A stretch of 64,000 nucleotides of DNA. It comes from Octopus bimaculoides. Its lineage: Eukaryota. A program made the position numbers and the translations under genes. Location: the NCBI RefSeq assembly GCF_001194135.2, contig NC_068992.1:63893183-63957182 (forward strand), read 5' to 3'. Shown here piece by piece: positions 11,401 to 23,928 of the stretch (position 1 is the first letter of the stretch; each line of letters begins with the position of its first letter). The notes beneath the pieces were generated by a model. The model ran no database searches and was not told the origin of the DNA. It saw nothing but the letters and a program-made list of their open reading frames with translations.

Positions 11401-11604
11401 CCCAGCAGAGCTGCAGTTCTACACAAGCATAGCATCGGTAGTTGTGCAAATTCCTGCTTGTTTCCTCATGATGGACATCACACATGCCAAGGACACCCTC
11501 GACTACACAATGTTCTTTGCACTCATCACTAATGGTATCTTTTTCCATTTCCAAAGTATCACAGCATATGTCCTCATGGGCTATATATCACCAGTTACCC
11601 ACAG
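11401..11604 (+). CDS. SLC35E2: SLC35E2-like, coding exon (204 nt)
   Basis: Acceptor ttttgtcacctttgcag|CCCAG, donor CACAG|gtcagt (11605). Encodes (T)PAELQFYTSIASVVVQIPACFLMMDITHAKDTLDYTMFFALITNGIFFHFQSITAYVLMGYISPVTH(S), with family motifs ELQFYTS and FH.QS.TAY.LMG.ISPVT.S. Confidence 0.93.
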
Positions 11605-12519
11605 GTCAGTGATTCAGATTCTACATTCATCATTATTTCTAAATGAAATTGTTGGGTTGGTGGGGTGGATACTCAAATGACAGAATCAGTAGAGCATCAT
11701 TGGACCCAGCTCTCTTTACATTGAAATCTAGTCCGGGACTCCTCTCCTTTTCATCCTTCCAATGTTGAAGGAACAATACAGTAATTAAGTAGAGAAACTG
11801 ACGTAATTGACTGAACTCGTGCTCCAGAATTTCTCGCCTTCTGCCTATTTTAGAAATAAATGTTTTTATTTGCATTAATAATGTTAACTATGGCAAAGTG
11901 GCAATCTGGCAGAATTGTTAGCTCACTGGCTAAAATGCTCAGCGATGTTTCATCTGCCACTACAATCTGAATTCAAATTCTACCACGGTCGACTTGGTAG
12001 GTAGGAATTGAAGGAAGCCCATTGTGTGTGTGTGTGTGTATGTACATGCGTGATGTGTCACTGTCATACAGGCACAGTCATTCAATTTGAATGTTCCACG
12101 TAAATATGTGGGGGTGGGGATATTACTTTACTTGGAAACAGGTGAGAGTTGATGACAGGAAAGACATCCAGCCATAGAAAATCTGCCTCAGTGAATTTCA
12201 TCTAACCCATGCAAGCATGGAAAAGTGGACATTAAAACGATGATGATGTTAATGTGTTATAGCTTGAGGAAATGGTATCATTGTTTAAATATTGTCTCTT
12301 CACTCTTCAAACATAGAAGACAATGAAACGAGAGCCATTAGACAAGAAAAACATGTCAGAACCAGAGGAGAGGACCTGATTATCACCTGTGCAGGTGTCT
12401 TCTGGACTAGAGTGATTGGTTGGGTGGGGGACATTGATGTTTCGTTTGAAAAATCTGCTGGCTGATGTCTGTTGGAACAGACTGGGTTGGAAAGTGAATT
12501 TCCAAAGTCCTGAGGAGAA

Positions 12520-12945
12520 AGGAGAGAGGGAGGTGAGTGAGCTACAGTGAGAGTGATAGGATGAGGAGAGATTGTATCACATGGGACTAGATAGAGGTGG
12601 TAGGAGTGACATACAGGAGAGAGGGGGGGTTGTGTCAGGCAGGGATGATAGGAGGAGGAAGAGGAAAGGCTGTGTCTGGTAGGAGTGACAGGAAGGGGAT
12701 GGGGTGTTGTGTCAGGTGAGAGTGACAGAGAGGAGAGAGTGGGGTGCTGTGTCAGGTAGGGATGAACAGCGGGTGGAGGGGCTGTTAGGTAAGAGTGAAG
12801 GGGAGGAGGGGGCTGTCTTGTAGGAGTGATGGGAAGGAGATGGGGGTGTTATGTCAGGTAAAGGTGACAGGGAGAGGAGTGAGGGGGTGTTGTATCAGGG
12901 AGAGGAGTAAGGTGGGGTGCTGTATCAGGTAGGAGTGAGCAGTAC
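12520..12945 (+). repeat. Degenerate G/A-rich minisatellite (~35-40-bp unit)
   Basis: Repeated tgtgtcaggtaggagtgacaggrrgrrggggg-like units, strongly purine/G-skewed on +. Confidence 0.8.
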
Positions 12946-13639
12946 AAGTATGAAGTTAGCTACTTGAGAGGGGGGGGGAGAAGACATGTGTGAGTGTGTG
13001 ATTGCAGCTCCTTATTGATCAGCTAATCATTGTCATTTAGTTGACTGCTTTCTCATGGATGTTGTTTGTTATGTCTGTGTGTGCAGTTGCAGTACTATGC
13101 AATGTCTGCAGCTGTAGCAGCAACACTTACTGTGTGTGCAGTAGGAGCACTGCACCATACCTGTGCATGTTTGCATTAGCAGCATCTTGCCATGTTTGCT
13201 TGTACAACAGTAGCATTATTGTATCTGTTTCTGGTGTGCAACACCATGGCATGTATGTATGTGTGCAGCACATTACGTACAGCATTGTTGTGTGTGTGTG
13301 TGTGTGCATGCACATGCAGCTGCAAGAAACATACCATATCTATGTATGTCTGCATTTGTAAAAGTTCCAGAAGACAGAATTTAGTATGTTTGTTATGCAC
13401 AAGTTAATTAATAATGAAGGTTGGACTAATTGAAACAAATCTAAAAATAACAAATTCTCATATTAGCACAAAAAGTGACGGAATCTGTTTCAAGGAATTT
13501 AGTCAAACTGATTCTTCAGTACTCATCTTGTCTCATGTTTTGTGGAGCCTGGGAGTGTGAGAGGTAAAGTCGACTTCAGTAAGATTTGAACTCCAGGCTG
13601 TAACTAGTTTAAGCATTTTTACAGTCCACCACCTTTGAG

Positions 13640-14370
13640 ATCATCATCATCATCATCATCATCATTTTAATGTCCACTTTTCCGCCTTTGCATGGGTCAG
13701 ATGGAATTTGTTGAAGCAGATTTTCTATTACCGGATGCCCTTCCTGTCACCAACCCATACCTGTTTCCAACCAAGGTAATATTTCCTACTGGTCAGGCAT
13801 GTTTTTCGTGGGGGACTGGAAATGGACAATATTGGTCATATGACTGTGATGGTCATTTATGACCATCATGTGATGTCTAGAGAAACACACATACAGTGGA
13901 CTTCAATTTCTGGTTACTATCTCCACTCACAGGGCTTTGGTCAGCCTGAGGCTGTAGTATGAAATTCTTGCCCACAGTGCCACACAGTGGGACTGAATCT
14001 AAAACCACATGGTCGGGAGGCAATCTTTTTAACCAAACATCTACATCTATGCCTATAAATAACCATTTTTAACAGATACAAAAATCGACTAAGAACATAA
14101 GGGGATGTAACTAGACTTACTACAAAACCTTTTATCCAGTACTCTGCCCCTCTGCCACATACATAGGTAATGAAACGTCTGACCCATGTTGGGCACTGGG
14201 AAAAGTCAAAGTGTGTGTGTATATATATATCGTCATCATTTAACATCTATTTCCCATACTAGCACAGGTTGGATGGTTTGATAGGAACTGGCAAGTCAAA
14301 AGACTGCACCAATGTTTGTTTCCTTTGGCATGGCTGGATGCCCTTCCTAATGCCAACCACTTTACAGTGT
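13640..14370 (-). mobile_element. Cluster of minus-strand RTE-tail-like and CORE-SINE fragments
   Basis: (cat)n tttaatgtccactttt...ggatgcccttcctgtcaccaaccc; ccactcacagggctttgg...gggactgaatc; catcatttaacatc...ggatgcccttcctaatgccaaccac. Confidence 0.7.
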
Positions 14371-15641
14371 GTGTGTGTGTATTTTTGAATTATGCAATAG
14401 AAGCAGCTCTATAGTAAAAAAATTTTTATCAATATAACATAATATAGGTGTGTCACTGAAAAGCGAGGAGCTGCAGTTTTTGTCTGGGGAAAAATCCCTT
14501 TATAGACATACTGTGTTAGAAAACACAATATACTTCAGAGCCAAGCAAAACAAAATCACCCTTGTTGTGTGTGTGTACACCTACCTACCTACCTTGGTCA
14601 GTTGATGGTAATCCAGAAGACAATGAGTTCAGTGCATAATAGCATAGATAACTGATGTTAAATGAGCTGACAAAGGTAAGACTCTGTAGTCACCTGACCT
14701 GCTTTAAATAGCAGTGATATTTCCCTCAAATCTCTCGCTATCTTCTTGAAAAAGGAACAACACATTTGAAAATGTAGTTGTAGATCATCCTCAACATTTA
14801 ATGTCAGCTTCCATGCTGGCCTGTGTTGGATGGTTTGATATGATTTGATGAATTGGAGGCCAGAATCATGCTCCAGTGCCTGTTTTGGCAAGGTTTGTAC
14901 AGCTGGATGTGCTTAATGCCAACCTCTTTACAGAGTGTACCAAGTGCTTTTTTTCATGACTCCAGCACTGGTGATGATAATCTTGTATCTTGCAAGGCTA
15001 AAGGCTTAAAGTAGCCCCTATAACTGAGAGAGAATGTGTGACAATTGTAGGTGAGTGAACGAGGAGGGGTGGTAGGTAAGGGGAGAGGATAGGGAAGTAT
15101 GGCAGAGATAAACATACATTGCAAAATAAATGTATAATATTGTTAGAAATGATATTTTTGCCAGCATGGCTGGTCAAGACTAGTGGATGTTAATGACTAA
15201 CAGTTGAGAGAAAGAGACAAGTTTGTCACTGCTATTTTCTTGTATACACTTTGTTGACACTGGCTCAGTTCATTTAGGTAACATAGTGTAGTGTGTCCCT
15301 CACCAGGACACTTTTAACTATCCAGTGAGTGATTACCATAATCACTCACAGGAAAAAAAATTCAATAGAAATAATCCTACTGGGCTGTCATGGATTAGAT
15401 GAGTCTGTCTCTGTCCTTTGACACAGAAAATCACCAATTGCTGTTGTTGTGTATATATGTATGGAGAGAGAGAGAGAGAAAGAGAGAATCCAGCATTCAC
15501 AGCTTCATGTCTAAGCTTGCATGTCAGCTTTTAGGGAAACTGTGTGAGCAGCCAAAAATTGTGTCACTAGGATTTTCATTTTTTGAGCTATGAAATTTTT
15601 AATCTCTACATATGTGTGTGTGTGTAATTATATATGTATGG

Positions 15642-15693
<52 letters not shown>

Positions 15694-15734
15694 AATTATT
15701 TATATGTATATTTATGCATCTGTGTGTGGGTCAT

Positions 15735-16368
15735 GTGTTGTGAATGGAGACAACTGTGTGAAAAAGTGCCACACCTTAGCAGTTGAGGGAACCTGTGGAA
15801 GAGGTAGACTCAGGAAGACTTGGGATGAGGTGGTGAAGCACGACCTTCGAACATTGGGCCTTACCGAGGCAATGACAAGTGACTGAGACCTTTGGAGATA
15901 TGCTGTGCTTGAGAAGAGCCGGCAAGCCAAGTGAGACCATAGCCCATGGCCTATGCCACTGCTGCGTAACCAGCCCCTTTAAGGGCACCCTTCAGTCGTT
16001 GGGCAATAAACTGCGCTTGCAAGGACCTGTTGGGGCCAGCGAAGTCATTGTCGTAGATGATGACAGTACCACCTGATTGGTACCCATACCAGTGGAACAT
16101 TAAAAGCACCATTTAAGCATGACATTACCAGGGCTGCCTGACTGGCTCCCATGCCAGTGGCACGTAAAAAGCACCATTAGAGCGTGGTTGTTGCCAGTGA
16201 CACCTGACTGGTCCTTGTGCCGGTGGCACATAAAAGCACCCACTACACTCTTGGAGTGATTGGCATTAGGAAGGTCATCCAGCTGTAGAAACTTTGCCAG
16301 ATCAGATTGGAGCCTGATGCAGCCTTCTGGCTCGCCAGCATGGAAAGCAGATGTTAAATGATGATGAT
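15735..16368 (+). mobile_element. 5'-truncated RTE-clade LINE (ORF2 C-terminus plus 3'UTR)
   Basis: GDNCVKKCHTLAVEGTCGRGRLRKTWDEVVKHDLRTLGLTEAMTSD*DLWRYAVLEK (RTE C-terminal GRGRPRKTW-type motif), followed by the modular 3'UTR and (gat)n. Confidence 0.85.
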
Positions 16369-16537
16369 GTGTGTGTGTAATTATATATATAATCTGTAGA
16401 ATTTAAAATTTCACAACTCAATTACTGAAATGTAGATATAGATAGATAGATAGATACAGAAAAAGATGCACAGAGCTAAATCATGTATATGATTATATAT
16501 ATATATATATATATATATATTTAACACATGTTTGTAA

Positions 16538-16783
<246 letters not shown>

Positions 16784-16950
16784 AGTTGCCTCAAGATGGA
16801 ATCTCAGATTTGGTTATTAAAAAAAAAAAATACATATATATATACATATGCATATATATATACATATATAAATAACAGAAACAGAAACTTAACTTTTCTT
16901 CACCACAGGCAACTGCATTGATTAAAAAACAAGAACAACAAAGGAACAAA

Positions 16951-17003
16951 AATAAAACATGTGTCTGTGATAAGCAAGTCACACGAGGAGATGGTGTGTT
17001 GTC
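16951..17003 (+). terminator. Probable SLC35E2 polyadenylation signal and GU-rich downstream element
   Basis: AATAAA at 16951-16956, 168 nt after the stop. A CA dinucleotide follows about 25 nt later, and GGTGTGTTGTC lies at about 16993-17003. Confidence 0.55.
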
Positions 17004-17235
17004 ACTGATGTATATAAATATGTGCCTGAAAGTGTAGCACCTGCTTGCTGCATCTTTTCAGACTGTTCTCTTTTGGCCCCTCTTGCTCTCTTTCTTTGAC
17101 CGCTGACGTAGCAGCCGTCCAGTAAAGAAGTTGGTGGGGTCAGACAGGCCATCATTCTTCAATTTTTTTTTTTTATTCAATTTTTATTTCGTTCTTTTCT
17201 TTTACATATTATTATTGTTATTATTATTATTTCTA

Positions 17236-18330
17236 TTATGTGGAAGAGAATCATTAGAGTTTCAGAAGAAATGCTATTTGCAGCATTTCTTCCAACTCTT
17301 TGCGTTCTGCGTTCAAATCCGGCCAAGGTCAACTTTGCCTTTCATACTTTCGGGGTCAGTAAAATAAGTACCAGTGAGGTACTGAGGTTGATGAAATTGA
17401 CTTCCCCCCCCCCCTCAAAATTGCTGGCCCAGTGCCAAAACTAGAAAGAATTATCATCATTATTTTAAGGCGGCAAGCTGGAAGAATCATTTGCATGCCG
17501 GGTGAAATGCTTAACAGCATTTCATCCATCTCCATGTTCTAAGTTCAAATTCTGCCGGGGTCAGCTTTGCCTTTCATCCTTTTGGGGTTGATAAAATAAG
17601 TACCATTTGAGCACTAGGGTCAACATAATCAACTTACTTGCCCTCCCCCAGAATTGCTGGCCTTGTGCTAAAATTTGAAATCATTATTATTATTAGGAGG
17701 TGAATTGGCAGAATTGTTAGACCATCAGAAAAAAAAATGCCTTGCATTATTTCTTGATCTGTATGTTCTGAGCTCAAACCCCACCGAGGTCAACTCTGCC
17801 TTTCATCCATTTGAGGTTGACAAAATAAAGTACCAGCTACGTAATGTTGTTGATGATATTGACTTACCCTGTCCCCTCCAAATGTTTGGCATTGTGCCTA
17901 AATCAGAAATTACTACTGTAAGGAGGTGGTAGACAAGGGGTTGACAGAAACGAGAGAACATCAGACAAAAATGCCTTCCGGTATTTTTCTGGTCCTTTAC
18001 TTTTTGAATTCAAATCCTGCCATGATTAATTTTGCCTTTTTCATCCTTCTGGGGTCAGTTAAATTAAGTACCAGCTAAGTCCCCTCCACCAGAATTTCTG
18101 AATCTGCAATAGTATCAGAAATTATTATTATTAAGGCATGAGCTGGCAGAATCATTAGAATGCCAAAATGGCATTTCTTCTGGTTTTACGTTTGAAATTC
18201 CATCAAGGTTGACTTTGCCTTTCATCCTTTCAGGGTTGATAAGATAAGTACCAGTTGAGCACTGGGGTCAATTCAATCAACTTGCCCCCTTCCAACCAAA
18301 ATTTTAGGCCTTGTGCTTTTAGTAGAAAGG

Positions 18331-18360
<30 letters not shown>
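17236..18360 (+). mobile_element. Head-to-tail train of five tRNA-headed SINEs
   Basis: Units of about 220 bp (tggcagaatc.ttag ... gttcaaat.c ... ctttgcctttcatcctt..ggggt.gataaa.taagtaccag), each ending in (att/atc)n; mutually diverged. Confidence 0.85.
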
Positions 18361-18363
<3 letters not shown>

Positions 18364-18932
18364 TTCATGACAAAAGAAGGCTGACCAATATATCATCCAT
18401 TAATATCATATTTTTAAAGCTTTTGGAACAGGTGTTTTTTTTTTTTTGTTTTTATATTTTGAGGGATGGGGGATGACGGGGTAAGATCTCTCAGGGACCC
18501 TTCCCCATTGATCATACATCTTCCCTACTTTTAAGACTTTTATACGTTTTTTTTTTTTTCTCTTTAAATAATGGTGGTGTATTGGAATGAATACTTAATA
18601 TCTCGTATCTCCCTTTAATTAGGTTGCATTACAGAGTTTTTTTTTCTGTTTCTGTTAGGTTAACAGAACCCTACTTCCAAGTTAAATAAAAGCTGGTTAA
18701 AAAATAATATAATGAAAAACTAACAACAGGGAAAAAACATATATCAGAAAAAAAATAAATAAAACCACACTGTATAATAAGTAAAGATATTTTGTTTCTG
18801 TTAACTGGGGACTTCCTCTACATTCTATGAATGGTTTGTACAACACTGGAATAAAGAGCTTGTGGGGAGGGTGAACTTTGTATGCAACCATTGGTACTAG
18901 TTTTCAAATTCCTCTAAACTGCTCCCCCTCTT

Positions 18933-18969
<37 letters not shown>

Positions 18970-20660
18970 CTTAGTAACTTATGAGGTTTAACACGATACT
19001 ATTTGGCTGTGTAAACCCTCAAATTTTGGATGCAGACCTGTTTCAAAGGAAGCCAAAGCAATACTTATTCTGGTCCATATTTGCAGAGAACTCTAACAAT
19101 ATTCTAGAAACTTTGAATCTGTGCAAAGAATGGTATGTAAAAAAAAAATAAGGAAAAAACAAAAAAAAATGAGAAATTCTTCAGTTTGTTTATTTCTTTA
19201 TTTATATACATATATTTATTTCTTCATTTATATATTTATATTTTTTCTGTTGCACCTCCCATCTCTTCACCACCACCACTGCCATCAAATGCAATTTTTA
19301 ATGAGGGAGCTGCCTTGCAGATGCCTAACCTGCTAGGAAGAGCAGCTAAGTCTCCTTCAAATCATACCATGCCATCTGAAAAGAGAAAGGACACATTGGA
19401 TGATGCTGACCTGCAGTTAAACAACAATGTATATTCATGAACTGTTGGAGTTAACCTGATATTTGAGACCACCACAAAACAAGAATGGTCTTTCTGATGC
19501 AAGTGTCCATACAGTTTCCATCTCCCCAATTTTATTCCCAAGGGTTTTGGCCAGATCACTAGTATGTTAGAAGTCACTGCCACCCAAGATGTAGTACAGA
19601 GAAATTGACTCTGGAATTGAACTTTTTAACCACATGGCCATATAAACTCCACCAAGTTGACATATCCTACATACGTTTTTCATAAAGCCAAGGCTTCATT
19701 TAAATTATAACTGCAGAGTAGGTGCTTTAAAAGGCAGTATTTGTATTGCTAATGAAATTGAAGAAAGTATGAATGTCATAGCTGCTCATTCCTTCTCCAT
19801 GATTCAATGTGAGGTATTATGGTGGTGGATTACTGTTGCTCAATAATGAGGATTCAGATGTTGGATCAATGGAATCAACTGCTCCTGGATTAATATGTAA
19901 GTACCTGAGCTTTCCAGACACCCGTAGTCTGTTGTAGTCCAAGAAAGACTGTTCTTCAATTTCTTGCTGACCAACCTGCACAAATGATTTGTTTATAGTG
20001 GTCAAATGTGCTGTGCCTGTACAGGTGCACTTTGACATCTGTATATGTTCCATGTGTCAGATGTCATAAAGTGATTGTAGAGCAACACAATGTCATTGCC
20101 TGGTCTGGGAATTTCGCAACCATGAGTTTAATAACCCATCCCCTGGGCCACAAAGCTATGCTTTTCAAATATAGGAACAATCCAACTGATGGGTTTTTGT
20201 TAAATTTTTCTGTCTACACAATTTCAGTCACAAGGGCCAGGTCAGACTGGGGTTAAAGAAATTTGCCTGAGATACGATGCTGTGGGATTGAGCTTGTGGT
20301 TGCAAACTTCTTAACTGTTCGGCAACGAGGGTTTAGTTCAATCAGCTGAATAATCTGTTTCTGAAATAATGTCTAAGGGACAGACACTGGAGCACATACA
20401 CACAGTTATCTTTTAAAAAGAAAGAAAGAAAGAACAGATTTTATGCTTAAGGGAGACAACTTTTACTGTCCTATTGTTCATGTCAGCTGCCTTCATATCC
20501 CCGGTCAGTAGAGCAGGGGTTGCCTGGACAGTTTCACAGGATTTCCGTTATAGAGTGCCGTTTTTAAAACACTGACTATGCTCTCATCTTTTGCTGAGGT
20601 TAGTTTCCTAAAACATTTTAAACAAGGTACATATGTTTGTAGGTATGTGTGTATGTGTAC

Positions 20661-21775
20661 CATCGTAGTCGTTTAACGTCCGCTTTCCATGCTGGCATGG
20701 GTTGGACGGTTTGACTGAGGCCTAGCAAGTCAGGAGGCTGCACTAAGCTCCAGTCTGATCTGGCAGAGTTTCTACAGCTGGATGCCCTTCCTAACGCCAA
20801 CCACTCTGAGAGTGTAGTTGGGTGCTTTTTATGTGCCACCAGCATGAGGGCCAGTCAGGCAGTACTGGCATCACCCACACTTGAATGGTGCTTTCTACAT
20901 GCCACCGGCATGGGTGCCAGTCAGGCAGTTCTGGCGTCTGCCACAACAATGACATCACTTGACTCAACAAGTCTTTGCAAGCACAGTTTATTGCCCAGTA
21001 TTGAAGGGTACTTATAAATTGGCCGGTTATGCTTCACTGGCATAGGCCATGGTTACAGTATCACTTGGCTTGCTAGGTCTTCTCAAGCACAGCATATCTC
21101 CAAAGGTCTTGGTCACTCGTCATCGCCTCCATGAAGCCCAACGTTAGAAGGTTGTGCTTCACCACCTCATCGCAGGTCTTGGGTCTACCTCTTCCACAGG
21201 TTTCCTCTGTTGCTAGGGTGTAACACTTTTTCACACAGCTGTCCTCATCCATATACTAGCACAGTTGTCTCTCTTGCACACCACAACTGATGCTTCTTAG
21301 GTCCAACTTTTCTCTCAAGGTACTTGCACTCTGTCGAGTATGCACACTGACATTACCCATCCAGCAGAAATACTAGCTTCATTTCTTTCAAGGCTACACA
21401 TGTCCTCAGCAGTCATGGTCCATGTTTCACTGCTATGTAGCTTGGCTGTTTGCACACATGCCTCATACAGTCTACATTTTATTGTGAGGCCCTTTCTTAC
21501 CAGCAGAGGTAGGAGCTCTCTGAACTTTGCCCAGGCTATTCTTTTTCTAGTAGCTACACTCTTAGAGCATCCACCCCCACTACAGACTTGATCACCTAGG
21601 TAACGGAAGCTATCAGCTACTTCTAGTTTTTCCCCCTGGCATGTGACGGAAGCTGTGTTCTGCACATTTTCAGTGTTTATTGCCCCTGTGCATTTGCCAT
21701 ACACAAAAACTATCTTCCCAGATAGCCTTCCTTTGATATTGCTGCACCTCTTATGTGTCCATAGCTTATAACAAA
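20661..21775 (-). mobile_element. 5'-truncated RTE-clade LINE, dead ORF2
   Basis: KLWTHKRCSNIKGRL...EKLEVADSFRYLGDQVCSGGGCSKSVATRKRIAWAKFRELLPLLV...RLYEACVQTAKLHSSETW, the RTE thumb/C-terminal region. Frameshifts follow, then the 3'UTR and tail. Confidence 0.9.
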
Positions 21776-22666
21776 CATCACAGCCACTGCACCAAGGACC
21801 TCTGTTGTCAGGCACTCTGTGACAAGGGTGCAAGGTATGTACTACGTATAGCCAACACATTAAAATCCATGGTACCTTTAATATCCAATATGCCCAGAAA
21901 ACTTTTTAACCTCTTCCCTGGCGACTTTTTTTTGAGAAAACATTTCATTTTCAGACAATCTTGCACTCTCGTCTGATGTATCCAAGCTTCTAATACATGG
22001 TTCATACTCATTGCCATCTTCTGAGCTTAACATCTGGATGTAATTTGTAAAGAAAACAGATAAAAACCGAGAATTGATGTATAAACTCGTTTGTGGGTGT
22101 TTTTGAAATTCTATGTTTTGGACGAGTTTACTAGTTGCACTCCGAAAAAGACAAATTGGGTGAAGACAAGTCATCTTTGCCAGGTACGGGGTTAAGTCAG
22201 ATGGTGAAATAGGATCATGCACATAGAAATCCTCTGTTGAGTTCAACACCAGCAGCATTGAATCTACACTATAGAGGCATCCTCTATGGCCAGTTACGGT
22301 CAAAGCCTGATTAGAAAAACCAAAAGAGTTCAAAGATTATTTGAAGAAGAAAAACACCAACTCTTTAATAGTAAAGTAGTAGACATTGCCACCTGTCACA
22401 CATTTCAGTGATTTCACTCACTGGTGGAAAGCTTGAAAGCCTAGAGGATAAGTGCACCCGATACTCTCAGAAGTGAGAAAAGAAGCGTATGTGCAGAGCT
22501 TCCCCCACCTAGACGTCTACAACCAAAACATTTACATGTTCCTTGTACAAGTGAAGCTACACATGAAGGAATGGAATATGCTGTCATCAAAGGGTGCACA
22601 AATAAGGAAGACTTGTCATCATCTGATGGACAACTAGAAATAGAAGCTATCATATTAAGAATGTGT

Positions 22667-23250
22667 AGGTGGTGAGATGGCAGAAGCGTCAGCATGCTGG
22701 GCCAAAATGCTCAGTGGTATTTTGACTGTCTTTACAGTCTGAATTCAAATTCTGCTGAGGTTGACTTTGCCTTTCATCCTTTTGGGGTTGATAAATTAAG
22801 TACCAGTTGTGTACTGGGGTCAATCTAATCGACTGGCCCCCTCCCCCAAAATTTCAGGCCTTGTGTCTATACTATAACGGATTATATGACGAATGTGTGT
22901 GTGTACGAGTTAACATTATGTGTGTGTATGTATGAGTTTTATATCAAAATATTCCTACCTTTGTTCTCTTTAGAGTGGTCACACTTTTGAGGTTCTCTTG
23001 AGACTGTTCTCCTCTATTTTATTATTTCTTGAAGGCAGTGAGCTGGCACAATCGTTAGCATGCCGGGTGAATTGCTTAGCGGCATTTCGTCTGCCGCTGC
23101 TTTCTGAGTTCAAATTCCGCCAAGATCAACTTTGCCTTTCATCCTTTCAGGGTCAATAAAATAAGTACCAGTTATGCACTGGGGTCAATGTAATCAACTA
23201 ACCCCCTTCCCCAAAACATTTTCAAGGTTTTGTGCTTAGAGTAGAAATAA
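22667..23250 (+). mobile_element. Two tRNA-headed SINEs (22667-22883 and ~23035-23250)
   Basis: Full head-body-tail in both. The first is flanked by an imperfect TSD atattaagaatgtgt (22652-22666) / atatgacgaatgtgt (22884-22898). Confidence 0.85.
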
Positions 23251-23928
23251 TTACACTATTTCTTTGATTGCCATTCCATGTAACCATCCTACTTTTTATG
23301 TCCTGGATACTGTTTAATATGGTAAGATGGGATTCAGGACAGCGAGATTTCCCAGTTAATCTATTCAAAGTGAACAACTACAGAGAGGCTTTGTTGATTG
23401 CTTGACGCAGTTGGGTAAGATGTGGTAGTTATTCACAACAGTTTCTTAACCAGAAATATTTCATTCCACAACATACAATGTTAGTCAATAGAGTCATCAG
23501 GAACCGATGACCTGAGGCTAAACCAGCTTCTGCTTTGGAAGGCCAATATTTTTTTTGTCAAAGTTGTTGAACGGTCATGGAGAGCTTGTGGCCTGAGTGA
23601 CTTTATGAATGGCATACCGAATGAAAAATTACCTTGAATTTCTTTATAGTGTGGCCTGCCAAACGAGGAGCAGTGTCTCATGTGGCCTGCTTCTCAAAAA
23701 GGGTTGCTCATGTCTGTTGCAGATCCTACTCAGAATCTATCCCAGTAGAACCACTTCACCAGTAAGAATTCAGAATGTCATTACTCTCAGATACTCTACT
23801 CCACTGCTTCTTTCTACTTCTTGAAGAATTCTGGAGATGTGGAAATGTACTTTCAAAATCTGGGAGTTAAAATATTGACCTGAAGAAATGAAAATAAAAA
23901 AGTTAAAGAGTCAAAATTACAAAATTAA

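Noticed and set aside
17104-17111. CRE-like TGACGTAG (also TGACGTAA at about 11798) near a CRTC gene
   Set aside because: Only imperfect sites, not near a known promoter, and expected by chance.
19905-19975. Minus-strand 71-nt exon-like segment (VGQQEIEEQSFLDYNRLRVSGKL)
   Set aside because: Weak acceptor tract and weak donor (gtactt), no family match, and no convincing in-frame partner exon.
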